A DNA stretch of 61,536 nt, counting the filler, from Sphacelaria rigidula (taxonomy: Eukaryota), in the NCBI GenBank assembly GCA_964200075.2. It is 2 parts of 2 records of this genome, joined end to end, with 100 filler letters (N's around TTAATTAATTAA, not from the genome) between each part and the next. Parts side by side here need not be neighbours in the genome. Positions count along the whole stretch, not along the records: positions 1 to 30,756 come from CAXNAA020000057.1; 1 more part is not named here. The stretch is one strand, 5' to 3'. Numbering within the stretch: the stretch's first letter is position 1; each line of letters opens with the position of its first letter. The notes beneath the pieces are model-generated. The model ran no database searches. It was given only the letters and a program-made list of their open reading frames with translations, and was not told the origin of the DNA. Positions 14,401 through 26,864 of the stretch are shown here, piece after piece. The translations under genes and the position numbers were made by a program.

Positions 14401-17400
14401 GTGTATTTCTAACCTATTGGAATTTGTATTTGGCGAAGCGCTCTGTGTGTTCGCTTCGACAAGATATCCTCCGAGGTGGCAAGCCGGAACCCCCAGCGTA
14501 ACAATGAACGGCGCGTGACGTTCACACGGGCGCTAACGAGCTGAATATTAGTAGATGGCAAGAACACCTCAACCAGAATGCCGTCAGGACCTTGACGCGG
14601 CAGTGACCTCGATCACGGCTGCATCACCATTGGCTGATTGCCAGTCTAAGGCATCTGCATGATTACAAAAAAACGGGATAACTTCTCGAGGCATTGGCGC
14701 CCAAAGGTACAGAATATCATCGGCCGGTTTGATGTCTCGAACGTAAGAACATATCTTGGACTGATCCCTCGTTCGCGGTCGATACGCCAGGCTGCCCGGG
14801 CTAGGTACGGCACTAACAACCAGCACTTCCTGGAGCTTCTTGCTCCCCACAACAGGGGCAAGAGGCGACGTATCACACCGCTAGCAGGCGCGATGTTGCG
14901 CAGCAATCATTCGCTGGTGGCGTACATATGCCGCGAGTATGAGGGGAGCTTGACGTGTGAGCAGGTATGGACGACGGGCTTAGTTCCCGTTATCTTGTAC
15001 GAAAGTCGTTCACGTACAGGACGAGCTCTCGCATGACGATATCTGAACCGGGCCCAAGTGTCGAACGACTGTCCTTGACCCAGTTAAGGAAGAAGGGTGC
15101 GTGAAAGGTGTAAGTACCGGACACGTGAAACACTGTTGATTACGCGTAAAATTGGAGGGGGGTTGTTTTTGTCATGTGCGTGGTAATAGCATGTAGAGAA
15201 CACGGTAGTACGTAAGCCTTGGAAAGATGTCAAAGGCGACCTGGTCGAGCATGAAATATTCCGATTACGAGGACTGCGTCCACAATGAGGGTCTAGCGCG
15301 GGTGGATTGGTATCGTTTCGGATGAATCGAAGCCGCACGGTGTGACTCGCACACATTTCCGTAGCTGTCGTGGGGTAAAAAGTATAACGCATGCGGTTTA
15401 CTGTGCGCTCGCGCCATTTGAATGGGGTGGCAGTGTTGAAATATTTGATTTCGAAAACCAGCATGCTCGGTGATTGCGGCTGTAAAAGTGTGATCCGCGT
15501 ATATGCGTGCAGCACTCCAAGGCTATGAATTGTACTTTCAGGTCGTCGGTGTTGCTAACGACACAAATGAGCACTTTTCACGCACGTGTGACTCGAGAAT
15601 ACTGATCCAATACCAGGGTTGTTGTCGTCGCAGGTGATGGGTTCCTGAAAACGAGCGTAACGCCGATATCTGGACACATCAAAACAAAAATTGGCGGCGC
15701 GCAAACGCGCACGATCACACGGATTGCACACGATTGGCTGCGTGGTACAAAATTTAGACAAACCACTGTTTGTCTAACTTTGAACTGGGCCAGGTTTCAC
15801 GTGACCTGCTTTGAACTGGATGGCGAAAATGAAGGGTCACATGGTCATCCCTAAATTAATACAGGCACGTCTCACGTGACCATCTTCGGACGGACCGAGG
15901 GAAACGGACCCGAGGCAGAGATGTGTGAAAGGGCACTAACATGGAACGCCTTGGTGTTTGCGAACGTGCAACAGTGACACGTTATCTCAAGATTTCCTTA
16001 AACTCCATTAGCCGGCTTCTCCCCTGCCATATATTTTCGATGTACCACTGTTCTGGTATGCCCTCTGCAGTTCCTTGATCAGATGCCCGACGGTAGCAGC
16101 AGTGAAGAGAAAGCCATTGAACTCTACTCTTCGAAATTCAGGGGCAGTGTGGCCCATATTTCGCCGAGAACGCTTCGCGAGGTGATCAAGGTGAGCAAAC
16201 TCTCGGCCGGGTGTGTGGTTTGTGTCACAGCGCGACCAGGTCTGCGCTCTCGTGTACCCGTCTACAATGCGTTGTCTTCCCAAAACATCAAGTTTATGGC
16301 GCATATCTCGACTGAACTATGAAAAGGGCAGGCCTTCCGCCCACTCAGCCGAAGACACCGGTCGAGACAATTTCAGAACGGTAACGGAATGGGTCCAGCA
16401 GCTGTGGGTACCATTTCATAGTGGGGGGGGGTAGCACTACCTCACTCAAAGCACGACGGAATGCTTCTGAACGGAAGCTTGCACCGAGGGGTCAGTGGTG
16501 GAACGAGTATTTTCTGATTAGCTTTGATCGATTTCATGGGTTTGATTCCCGGCAGTAAAGCCCTCCCGTCGTCCTAAAGCGCGAGAAAAAGGGGAGCTTG
16601 GAAGATAACTCGATATTCAGTCGACGACCTGTTGGAACACTGATCCAATACTCGGCAAGAAGTTCAAGGGAGCTACCACAGAAAAGATAGGACAATCCCT
16701 TGAGACTGCGGAATGGGTCGGAGGAAGCGGGCGCGGAGGAGGTTGAAAGTACGAGACAAACCGAGGCAGTCACGAACGATTATTTCGACGATGTTAGGCT
16801 ATGCACCAACGTGCAAGATGATATCGTCTCTGTCGCTGCACAGGCCATCGACGTGAAACAGCTCGCCACGGAAGCAGCGGACCAAGCCCTCGTAAGTCAG
16901 CGCATGCACACACTGGTTGAAGTGGCGGCTGAGCAAGGCGTATTCCATTTGTTCAGGTAACCGCTTGGTTTCAGGGACAAGTTTTGCCATTACGATGAGC
17001 ACAAGTTGGGTGATGTGCCGTGTTCATATTGGCAGCGGTTTGATTCTGACGCGGTTCGCAGCGCAGCTTGAGCAGCGCTATGGTTTACCGCTGCTCGTTT
17101 TGTAGGGGCCACCGGATAGGAAGACGGCCTTCTGACCCCACCTCAACACATCACCCGGACATTCGATTGTCGTTATAGCTGACATTTACAAAATTTTCCT
17201 CGGCTTATCACATACTTGTTCTGTCGCTCATATCGTCGGTATTCCCCTACACTGCAATATCCAGTAATTTAACAGCGTGCTGACGTTGACACATGCTGCA
17301 ACAGTTGAGTTGGCGCACCGACATCGAGGCCTCAACTCCTACAAGAATTGGTGATCGATCGCGGCAAAAAACGTCGTCGTCCTCCTGCAGATACCGTCGT

Positions 17401-20400
17401 CCTTCCACAGGGCCTATCAATGACCTCTTGGGCAGCGTGGGAATCATCCCCGGTACAGTACGTGGTGATGCGTTTGGCCAAATCCCTGATCCATTTCCTC
17501 ACCTACCCATACGCTCCTGACTCCACGTCCGCATTCTAATGACTACTATTTTGAAGCGCCAAGGCTTCCAGTTGAGCTCTTTTTGATCTGACGGTTGTGT
17601 ACACAAACCTTCCAAACTCAGGGAGCTGGCCCACAAACAACACCTCCTGCACAAAAAGACCATCGCAAGCGTTCTGGAACGAATTGGGGACCACCAAGAA
17701 GTCATCGAGGCTGTTATACTGCTCGTCACTTCTGCGAGGTGCGGTGGAATCTTGTTAGGTACTCCGTAGTCCAACAAGCCGATTTCCGTGCACGAGAAGG
17801 AGCTGTTTGCTCAGCGTTTGGATAAGGGGATTCCTCTGTCAGTTACCAGTTAAAGGGGTGTTGTGGATGAGCAATGCTGATGAACTAGTCATACGGCGTG
17901 GGGTGTTGCATGCCCAGGCCCGCAAAGGCACAGTGGGGAAGATGCAGCATGGTCGAAGGACTACGTCCGCGATTTTCTGAGCAATGCTATCTTCCTACGT
18001 GCTGGTTTCGTGGAGGAGGTCCTGGTGGAAATACCGTAACGACCGGTGCGAAAATAAAATGGGGTGATATGTCACGAAGGTTTCTCGAAATCTGCCTGCT
18101 TTTGACGTGTTCAACCAGCCAACCGACCGGAACGATTCAATCCACGGGCGGTCCGCATACTCGGACTCACCACCGGAACTCCAATCGCGAGCACCGTATT
18201 GCAGTACCCTGGTTGGCAACAGAAGAGTCAGAGCCATGAGGTGTATGTACGCTACTACTGACCCCACTGACCCCGGACCGAGTACACCCGTTATCCCCGA
18301 TTGTTTGTCGCAGGAACCCGTTCGTGGTATGTGGCGCAATTTATGACACCATTCGCGAGGTTGAGACGCGTTCTCCCATGCACCGGACGCATTTGCAACA
18401 CCTGCAAGCAAAGATAGACGAACTTAGCGCCGCGGTGAGGAATGACTTCTTTGAGTTCATGTACTCCAGTATACCATATCGTCTTGCATCACCGCGCAGC
18501 AGTGTCACAGTTCCAAGCAAATCAAGAGAGAATATGCAATGAAAGTGCCTTTGTCCACGGATAACGAACTTTCATGGCCTCTAGGTGCAACACCGCAGTA
18601 TGCGTTGACGTGCGCTTTGGGTAGCTTGAGACAGCCCTGACCAGATCCTGATGTGGGCATCGTGCTGATGAAATTTCCCCCAGTGTGGACGGCACGGAAA
18701 GGCGATACGTGGGACATGCGTGTTGGGTTCTCCCATCGTCGGATGGTAGATCGAGGAGACCTACACACATGACTCTTTCCAGCTTCACCGCTGCCGAGTG
18801 TTGAACTACAAACCTGCGTTTGGGCGATGCGGCTGACACACATATCGTGCATCGTGCAGGTGCTGGCCAAGCTACCCCATACCTTGGGAAGAATTGGGAT
18901 AGAGTTTGGTGCTCACGAACACGACCTGCTCAAGTTCCGTACCGCGGCGGAACAACCAGAGTTCAACAAGCGTGCAACCCTGATGGGCTTCTCGATCATG
19001 GTAAGAACTTGTCGAAATCTCATGAGGCTCAGCGGTTTCGTCGAAGAATAAAACCAGGCACACGTACTTTTCCCCCTTTGATTTCTTCAGGTTTAAAGCG
19101 TACATTCACTGTGACGATGCGACAGCGGCGTGATGTGCCCCCCATATTTTCCGTATTTTGCTTTTTCTCTATACGTGTGGTCTTCCCACTGCTCTGACCA
19201 TGCGAAACTGACCCGTTTTCCCTGTGCTGTATGCTTCTTACCAGCAATGGATGCTTGAACCCAGTACATTCGGCAACTGCATAGAAGAGACTCCAACATC
19301 ACAGCGCGAAGCAGGCTCCATCAACAGCGATATCGATATGCCAGGGATTTCCGCCAACAGCAGCGTTGGGGAAGACGATACAACAGAGGACGAGGCCAGT
19401 CAAGTCAGCAACGAAATGAAGAAGGAGCTCAGGTTGGAGCTCAGCGGTTGCAGTATTGTACACTCTGGATGAAGGAGAATCTCGATCAAGCTCATGATCA
19501 TAGTAATATATTAGATCATCCGCATTGTGGCTCTACCCACCTGTGTCAGGCGTCTCGTAATCAGGCTCAAAACCCCCCCCTTGTTGCTTCTTGCGCCTGT
19601 GGAACCTCCGAGTGGTGCACGTTATGCAAGAGCACAGCCTTGGATACTAGTATCGAAGAATGCGATGCCGAGTGATCACATGCGATAAGCCTCGGTACAC
19701 CTGGGCTGTTTGTGGTTTACGACGAACAGCTTATGTGGACGTGCGCACTTCCTGTGCTAAACAAAAGCGTTTGACGTGGTAGCCACGATGGTACGACAAT
19801 GAAAGGAAACCCTCGCCCCTCACAAAACCTACCGTTTATGCTGTTTGTCTCTCAACGCAAAGCTCTGAAGGACCAGGGCTCATCGATCCACTGCAGCGTG
19901 CTCTTGAAAGGGATTCTGAAGGCCTCGATATCATCAACTCTCCGCTTGTTCTGGACTACATGTGTTTCAAGTTTTCGAGATCCCTTCCGCACTGGACCGC
20001 GACTAGCTCGTTCGGCGACAGTGTTCCCGCCAAGTTCTGCACATACACTCAAAGATGCCCGACGTCTGATCAATCTCCGGGCCAACATCGGATGGATCAT
20101 CTGCTAAGGTTGTTACCCAAGGCAGAGCGGGCTGTACTCGGGGAGCGTACAGTATGAATCATCCAGACTATGTCTCACCTTGGGATGGTCCCATCACTTT
20201 AACACAGAGTTGCGCCTGCAACGGCAAGACCGAGATCCAGTAGCTATTGACGCTACATTTCACGAAAAGCGGATGCATACAAAACGCCGATAGGAGCCAG
20301 GTTTCTGTGTACCCGACACGCACTACACTGCATGACCGCACCCTGCTTGCTTACACGTCCTCTAGGGTATCAGATATGCTGATCAAATGAGATCTGATAT

Positions 20401-23206
20401 ACCTTTCAACAAACGAGGTTGGCAATCATAGGGAGTTGAAGTTCACTGCTTTGAATCCACATTAACATGTTTGCTTTGGCGCGCAACATTTGAACGCTGA
20501 CGAGTCTAACTCATTGTGCGTAATTGATTTGAATGTAAGTGTCCACAATGCAGAACTAGTTTCACATCGTAATATTTCTCCTGTTTTCCAGGTGTCTCCA
20601 AGGTGTAACTGTGGGTAACAACGACGGAGGCGTGAATCTCCAAGGACTGAGCGGACGAAACTTGACAATCTTCCCAGCGTTGCAATTTACGCTAGCAGGT
20701 GTAATCGGGAACCCGACGAAGTTTTACGAGGTGCCGGCAATCCGATTCGCCTATGATCTTCTAAGCTATCTGTGAGTTGTGTCTAGATCTTCAGTACTAT
20801 CTGCTGCCGTGCATTTCACAGCTTAAAGTAGACGTGAATCGGACTTCTAGTGCAGAGCGTCTTCGGACTTTGTGCAGTCACTTGACTTGTCGCTGCATCG
20901 TACGTGCAGACCGCGGCCAGTGCGCATCAAACTTCAAGCCGACAGCATACGTTTTATCAGAGGACCACTCTAGCATTCTACCTTTTGTACGTCCTACGTA
21001 TATTAATTCACCCCATGCATATGCTTTCCTGCGCTGAGTGGTGTACGCCTACTTTTTGTACGTCCCATGTATATTGATTCACCTAATGCATATGCTTCCC
21101 TGCGCTGAGCGGTGTACGCCTAGCTGACCCGCCTCACCTGTGTTGTGCAGGGTGATTCTCGTGCTATTCTGCTGCTGCGTGGTGATCAAGGACGCCAGTG
21201 TCATTCCCACTACCGAAATCGTGTTCTACACGTTCGTCGCGGTAAGCCGTACATGGTGCATCGATCGGACAACCTTTATCGCTTACGCAGATTTAATGGA
21301 GATTGTGATTTTTCACCATAGGGATGTACAATGTCGCCATATGTCGGCGATGCGTGTTACTGCCGTGCTCGTTAAGACGCACTGAGGCAAAGCTACGCAT
21401 TGGTACCGCAGACAGTTGCGACGACCTTCGCACCTCGTGTCCGATGAGCATTCTCCGTTGATACACACACGAAACGTCTGCCGAAACACTGTGCTGCCAC
21501 CAAGCTAATTCTTGATCTGAAGCAGCCGTAGAGGACGCCGTACTAATTCCAGTGGCAGTCAACATACGAACGTTTACCTTTCACTTCGGGTGCGCAGGGG
21601 ATGCTCTGGCGGGAGGTCTTGGAGTTCCGAGAGGTTCTACCGCGCGCGCGAGTTACCGGTTCTGATGTTGAAGTCTCATCGAATAGAGAGTACCGCGTCA
21701 CTGCTCCTCGTTACAGAGTGGCGGCTGCGGTGTCAAGGTACGCCCAAGTCCGATTTCCACCGGTAGAACGCAAGCTTGTCAAAATTATACTCGTAAGCGT
21801 TATTTATCCTAAGTGAAGAACTGCAGGGACCAAACCTAGCATTTGGCTTTCAAGAGGAAGGTTCGGGTACTTGTAATGCGTGAGAGGATCGCGTGCTTAG
21901 AGGACCGCATCGTAGTCCAAAACACCTCAATATCGACTTGTTTCAAAACCTATCGGGCCAGTCCGTGCAGGGACCACGCCCCTGACCCCAACCCCAACAC
22001 TAACCCTCACCCTGACCCTAATCTTATGGCGTTTAAATTCCGATGCGGTCCCCTGAGCACGTGGTACTCTCACGTATTACAGTACTTATCGCATCGATCA
22101 TGAACCGATGTCATTGCATGTGTGGTATACTTGTGTAGCCTCCTGATCAAATGACGCAATACTGCAGGGTCAGGTGTAGCCTTCAATTCAAGAAGGAGTC
22201 ACAGACAGCGTAAACTGTGGGCTCACCGACTACAGGGGGCGCACGGGCAATAGCTCCTCACTCTGCCCTCAATTCTTTGGGCTTCTCCACTTCTGCAGTT
22301 TCCTTCTCTGTTCTCCTTTCCCTCCATCTTTCTCTCTGTAAACGCGTTCTCTCCTGCCGGCGTATGGCAGAGCAGTGTGGTACCTCGATTCATTGCGTTT
22401 CTTTGTGGATGAGAGGGTCTATACCCTGAATAGAGCGATCCTAGTAAATGAGCTGCGGTACTTTCCTTTTCCACGGCCTGTTGGTTTCCACGACTGGGTC
22501 TAAGTGTGGTTCTGCGCAAGACCTCTTCCACCGAAGCCATGTGGCACAGGCCGGTCAGTTCTTTCTTTTTCTTTTCTTTTTCATTCTTAGTTTACGATGC
22601 TGTTCTGTCCTACCTCCTCCAATTCTTCTTTTTTCTTAAGCGAGTGTTTCAATTTTGTTTTGTCTCGGGTACGTCTATCATTTGGATAATGACCACGGCT
22701 GGATCCCTGGGGGAGCAGTCATAGGGCGACAGTCAATAAATCAATCAATCAATCGCTGGGGGTTCACGGAACGCGTGATTTGTCTCGTGGAGTGGAGTCG
22801 GACTGGCCTTGATTTGAGGCAAGACTGGGGCGAATGTGAAGGGATAAGGTGGGGGGAGACACCCCCCACATTCTCGTGATGAGTAAGGAAATACCCTGGA
22901 ATTGACTGGAAACTGACGGTTCGAGAAGAACAAACCGTGAACTTTCTAGAAGCGTATCGGATGATGAGCATGTGAAAGGGGGGGAATACCTAGTAGCTTG
23001 CAGTAGACAATCCAAGACTATGTCTTATTCCCCGCACAAGAAGAAAACATTTGATGCAGAGAAAATTGTGGTGTGGCTGGTGCAAAATAAATCATGACTC
23101 GTACCAGAGCATTAATAATATTGAGGGGGCCTCCTTTCCACACCCATTATGCCATAGGCTGGCATGTACGCTTTCCTGGGAATAAAAGGTGGACGATGTA
23201 ACAACG

Positions 23207-23262
<56 letters not shown>

Positions 23263-25311
23263 TGCAAGAAGGAGAAGAAGAATACACAACTTTGACGCTC
23301 AGCCGAACCCCTTGGTGCATTATGTCAATACGATTGACCCCTTAGACTAGATTATTTCAGTGACATACAAGGTCATGGATGCCCTTTGCTCGGAAAGGTC
23401 GAGAACCGTCGCATGAATGGTAGCACAATAAAAAGTGATTGTACACCAGCTGAAACTCACTTCACCTCTCGATTTCGTTGCGACTCTGTCAGATATCTGT
23501 TCCATGACGCGTGGAATATCTTGGACACAGCGACAATTTTGTGCGTCACGACAGCCTTCGTCTATCGAATAATCGCGTTTAGGGCAAGCCAAGGAATGGC
23601 GGCTGCGGACGCCATGCCTACAGAGGAGCAAGAGTCGCGTTTTAAGGCGCAGTGTCTTCTCGCCGCCAGTGCGCCGCTGCTCTTCGCCCGCTTACTGTCG
23701 CTATCTCAGATTGACGACACGCTAGGACCAATGACTCGGGTGAGCTGCTTATTGGTAGAACCGGTAGCGCCGCCTGACCTTCCGCATTCCCTAGTGATGC
23801 CGTATATGAAAGGTGATGCCAAAGAGAATAGAATGCCACGCCCCGACTAACGTTTCCGAATGACATCCCTTTTCGAGGGATAATAGCTGCAAAATATTGA
23901 TATTGACAAAGGCTTCCCACTTCCCACCGGATACACGGACTCATCGCCGCATGCAGATCATCTGGACCATGCTGTCCGACCTGCTTCGTTTTTCGGTGTT
24001 CCTGATTGTCTTCATCGCGAGCTTCGGAGCTTCATTCTACATCCTGTTCAACGAGTGCGGCGATGAACCGAACCAGGCGTACGGCAGCCTAGCCCGCTCA
24101 ACACTAACCATGTTCAAAGCTATGCTTGGAGACTTTGACTTCGATGAGTTCGCGTCACCCAGCGATTGTGATCGTCCTTCCTGGGCTAACGCAGCTGGGA
24201 CAGGGCTTCTCGTGTCATACTTAGTCATCATGTTGGTGCTGTTGCTAAACCTGCTCATTGCCGTGCTGAGCACGAGGCACGCCGAGGTATACGCAAATGC
24301 CGAAAAGGAGTTCCACCTCGCTCGGGCTAAGCTCATTCAGTACAGCTGGAAAGCGGTGTCATACGGGCGCCAGCCGCCACCCTTCAACTTGGTCACGCCC
24401 GTCCTGGGATTCACAGTGGACGCTCTGGGCGGAGTATTGAGTGCACTTGTTAAACTGTGCATGAGGTAGGCGTGTCCGCATTTCACGCGGGAGAGTTCGC
24501 CCAGCCGTCGTGTTCAAGCCTCCACGTAGCCGCTGGGCCCTTTCATGTTGATAGTCGAGAGGCGCAAGACCTCCGTGCCGTGTGCTGTTACACAGTGCAG
24601 TAGTTGTAGATGCGAGCAAGGTTTCCCCGAGGGGAGTGGTGATGCCGTTGGTAACGGGATAGGTATGTACAGCTTTGCGTCAGGAAGGGGTTTTCGTTGC
24701 TTGCTAGCGATATGGCGCAGTGTGAAATCATCGCTTATGAATGTGTGCAATGAAGTGTGGATTTGTACATCCACCACGCTACGGCCGTGGAACTTCATGC
24801 GCCCCCTCCCCTCTGTGCCGCTGAGGTCGCGACCTTCTAATCTTACGTTGAATCGTGCGGTCTGATACTTTGCGTACACGTACAGGTCTGCATGTGCCCC
24901 CGAGCAATTACGAGGTTTCGATCTATCGGTACCCATCTCCAATACGTACGCTTGGGACTCAGTAATGGGGGCAATACACATGCTGATTTTTTCCGCGACT
25001 ATGGGATCTGTCTCTCTGGTCCTGTATGCCGCTCTCTCTGCGATTTCGTGGCCGTGGGTTGCCTGGATCATCTTCTGCAAACGGTTCCCGACGGTGAGTA
25101 AGAGGCAGGAGGACTATCAAGCGTTGTAGTCGGTACATTTTGTCCCTGCGGAGATTTCTGTGTCGCCGACTATGTTAAGTGATGCTACGCGATGAGGGGG
25201 GTGAGTTCATCGTCATCGAGATGACCAGACATGCGTTTTGCAGCGTTCAGGAATTCCATATTCTCACGAACAGCCAGAGTTACCACGTTGGAGGAAATCT
25301 TACCGTGTCTG

Positions 25312-25371
<60 letters not shown>

Positions 25372-26043
25372 TTTTTATATCTGTTACATTAGCTCGATCT
25401 CTCGAACCCGTGGTCACAGAGTGCAAGGAGCATTCCACCCATGCCCATACGTCAAACAGCCCGCGGAGGAAGGCAAGAAACAAAACATCTACACGAAAAA
25501 GGGCACCTACACGATGAAAGATCCTCATGTGTACGAGGGCATAATTGCAGGATGCATACCCGAAGTGCCAATTCAGTACAGCTACACTACCTACAGCCCG
25601 ACCAATACTCAATCTAAGCTCTAGCAACCCACGTTGACTGGCTGTCGTGTCTACCCCAGGTTGAGGCGACATCGGAACGAAACTTGCGCAACACCTACTG
25701 GCGGCAAGGCTTCGTACGTCCGTTGGTCTCGTGGATTTTCGGGGTATTCGGCTGGATGGTGGCCGCCGTTCCTGCTATAGTATTGGGCTTGACATTCATC
25801 GTTCGCGCAACCATTCTATGGATCGCTGGAGTATGTGGAATATGGCAATGGCTGAAAATCGAATTCAGCAACCAGCATCATGGAGTGCGTAAGCAAAATC
25901 GTACATGGCTCTCTGCCGAAGATGATGCTGCTGAAAAACTTGTCCAAGCACGAAACTGCAGCGTCGACGAGATGCCCTCACGGCACTTCCGAGTAGATCG
26001 GCTGTTTATGATGACGACGGGGACATGCCTTGCAGACGTTTGG
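11441..26043 (+). CDS. Multi-exon ankyrin-repeat TRP-like (6TM, Ion_trans-type) cation channel
   Basis: Hand-spliced GT-AG exons with consistent phases and no stops: 11441-11680, 12095-12922, 13511-13732, 14037-14186, 14791-14964, 16071-16190, 16844-16891, 17411-17457, 17622-17738, 18314-18434, 18860-19000, 19245-19432, 19863-20108, 20592-20771, 21151-21241, 21598-21737, 23493-23739, 23957-24465, 24886-25093, 25660-26043. Ankyrin motifs (GQNHLMYAACLGN, GVTPLMHVL, GATALMHAAHGG). S1 FYEVPAIRFAYDLLSYL, S3 DAWNILD, pore TMFKAMLGDFDFDEF, S6 LLLNLLIAVLS, TRP-box-like EKEFHLARAKLI and PPPFNL. Confidence 0.85.
12095..12922 (+). CDS. Large ankyrin-repeat exon of the TRP-like gene
   Basis: Acceptor tttgtcccag, donor gtgacc; 276 codons with several ankyrin-like repeats (ILLHAAASRN, GRTIILRAAASK, VFHHACRRG, GATALMHAAHGG, LAEAASGGHIEV). 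Confidence 0.9.
20982..21122. repeat. Intronic tandem duplication, 2 x ~71 bp
   Basis: ttttgtacgtcc...ggtgtacgccta occurs twice, just upstream of the 21151 acceptor. Confidence 0.9.
21980..22022 (+). repeat. Degenerate (CCCTAA)-like hexamer tract
   Basis: ccctgaccccaaccccaacactaaccctcaccctgaccctaa. Confidence 0.7.
22200..22755 (+). mobile_element. Retroposon 3' remnant with (ATCA)n tail, in an intron
   Basis: T-rich body ending aataaatcaatcaatcaatc; related to 1200-1470. Confidence 0.55.
23200..23261. repeat. (CAA)n microsatellite
   Basis: About 20 CAA units. Confidence 0.95.
23493..23739 (+). CDS. TRP-like channel exon, S3-S4
   Basis: YLFHDAWNILDTATILCV...LLFARLLSLSQIDDTLGPMTR; acceptor ctgtcag, donor gtgagc. 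Confidence 0.88.
23957..24465 (+). CDS. TRP-like channel exon, S5-pore-S6-TRP box
   Basis: IIWTMLSDLLRFSVFLIVF...MFKAMLGDFDFDEF...LLLNLLIAVLS...EKEFHLARAKLI...PPPFNL; acceptor atgcag, donor gtaggc. Confidence 0.92.
25313..25369. repeat. (TAT)n microsatellite
   Basis: About 19 TAT units. Confidence 0.95.
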
Positions 26044-26164
26044 GTGCGCATCAGACACAGCGAGACGGGGTATACTGGGGGGTGTGAATGAGGGCAACCG
26101 TGGCATGTCGTTCACAAGACGTGAGCTTTGAATGTCCCTCCCGAACTAGTAGTGTAGTAGTGTG

Positions 26165-26212
26165 GGTGGTGGTGGTGGTGGTGATGGTGGTGGTGGCGGC
26201 GGCGGCGGTGGT
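26165..26212. repeat. (GGT)n/(GGC)n microsatellite
   Basis: Direct reading. Confidence 0.9.
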
Positions 26213-26607
26213 CGGAGTAGCAGTAGTCGTACGACGATGCAAGTGAGGTCAACGATGTAGGATACAAATCACGAGCGTGAGGTTGGAGAAATTGATATTT
26301 CAAGTTGCGTCAAGGGGGTGAAACGACCATTCGACCGTATACCGCTGCCGTATGTGTAATAGGGAATTGAGGCGTCAACTTTCGACGAAAGATTGGCATG
26401 CTGCGGTATCCAGTGAAAGCCTTCGCTGCATCAGATTTGTTTTTGTTCCTGATGATACGTCCTTGCTTTTCTTCTTGTGTGATATTGTAGGTTTTCCTTT
26501 GCCCATGTCTGAGCCACCCAGGTGCGCCCACCTGTTGAATGGATTCGGATATGAATCTTAGGTGCTGAAATGGCTGGTGATCACACGTGGGACGCACTAG
26601 GCCTTGG

Positions 26608-26864
26608 GAGCAATGCTACGGTAGGGGTGCACTTTTTGCGCAAAATCTTGTCTGGTTCAGGGGCTCCTAACGATTCTAGATGCACAAGAATAAGGGTCAG
26701 GGCCTCCCCGTTTGCAAATTCAATCGGGATATTCCTAGCGCATTGGAACAGTAATCCTGAGGTACTCGCATATATTCCATAGGTCGTGTTTTGGATTAGA
26801 TAAAAGGGCTCCTAACAATTTTAAACTCTGAAAATATTTGTGCACCCCTACCGTAGCATCACTC
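26608..26864 (+). mobile_element. MITE family B, copy 2, 5-bp TSD cttgg
   Basis: gagcaatgctacggtaggggtgca ... tgcacccctaccgtagcatcactc; cttgg at 26603-26607 and 26865-26869. Confidence 0.88.

Noticed and set aside
17391..17520. Alternative acceptor at 17390
   Set aside because: Phase 0 hits TGA after 10 codons; the acceptor at 17410 gives a consistent frame.
25179..25672. Poly-I/poly-Y ORFs (also poly-V at 23092)
   Set aside because: Microsatellite translations inside introns.
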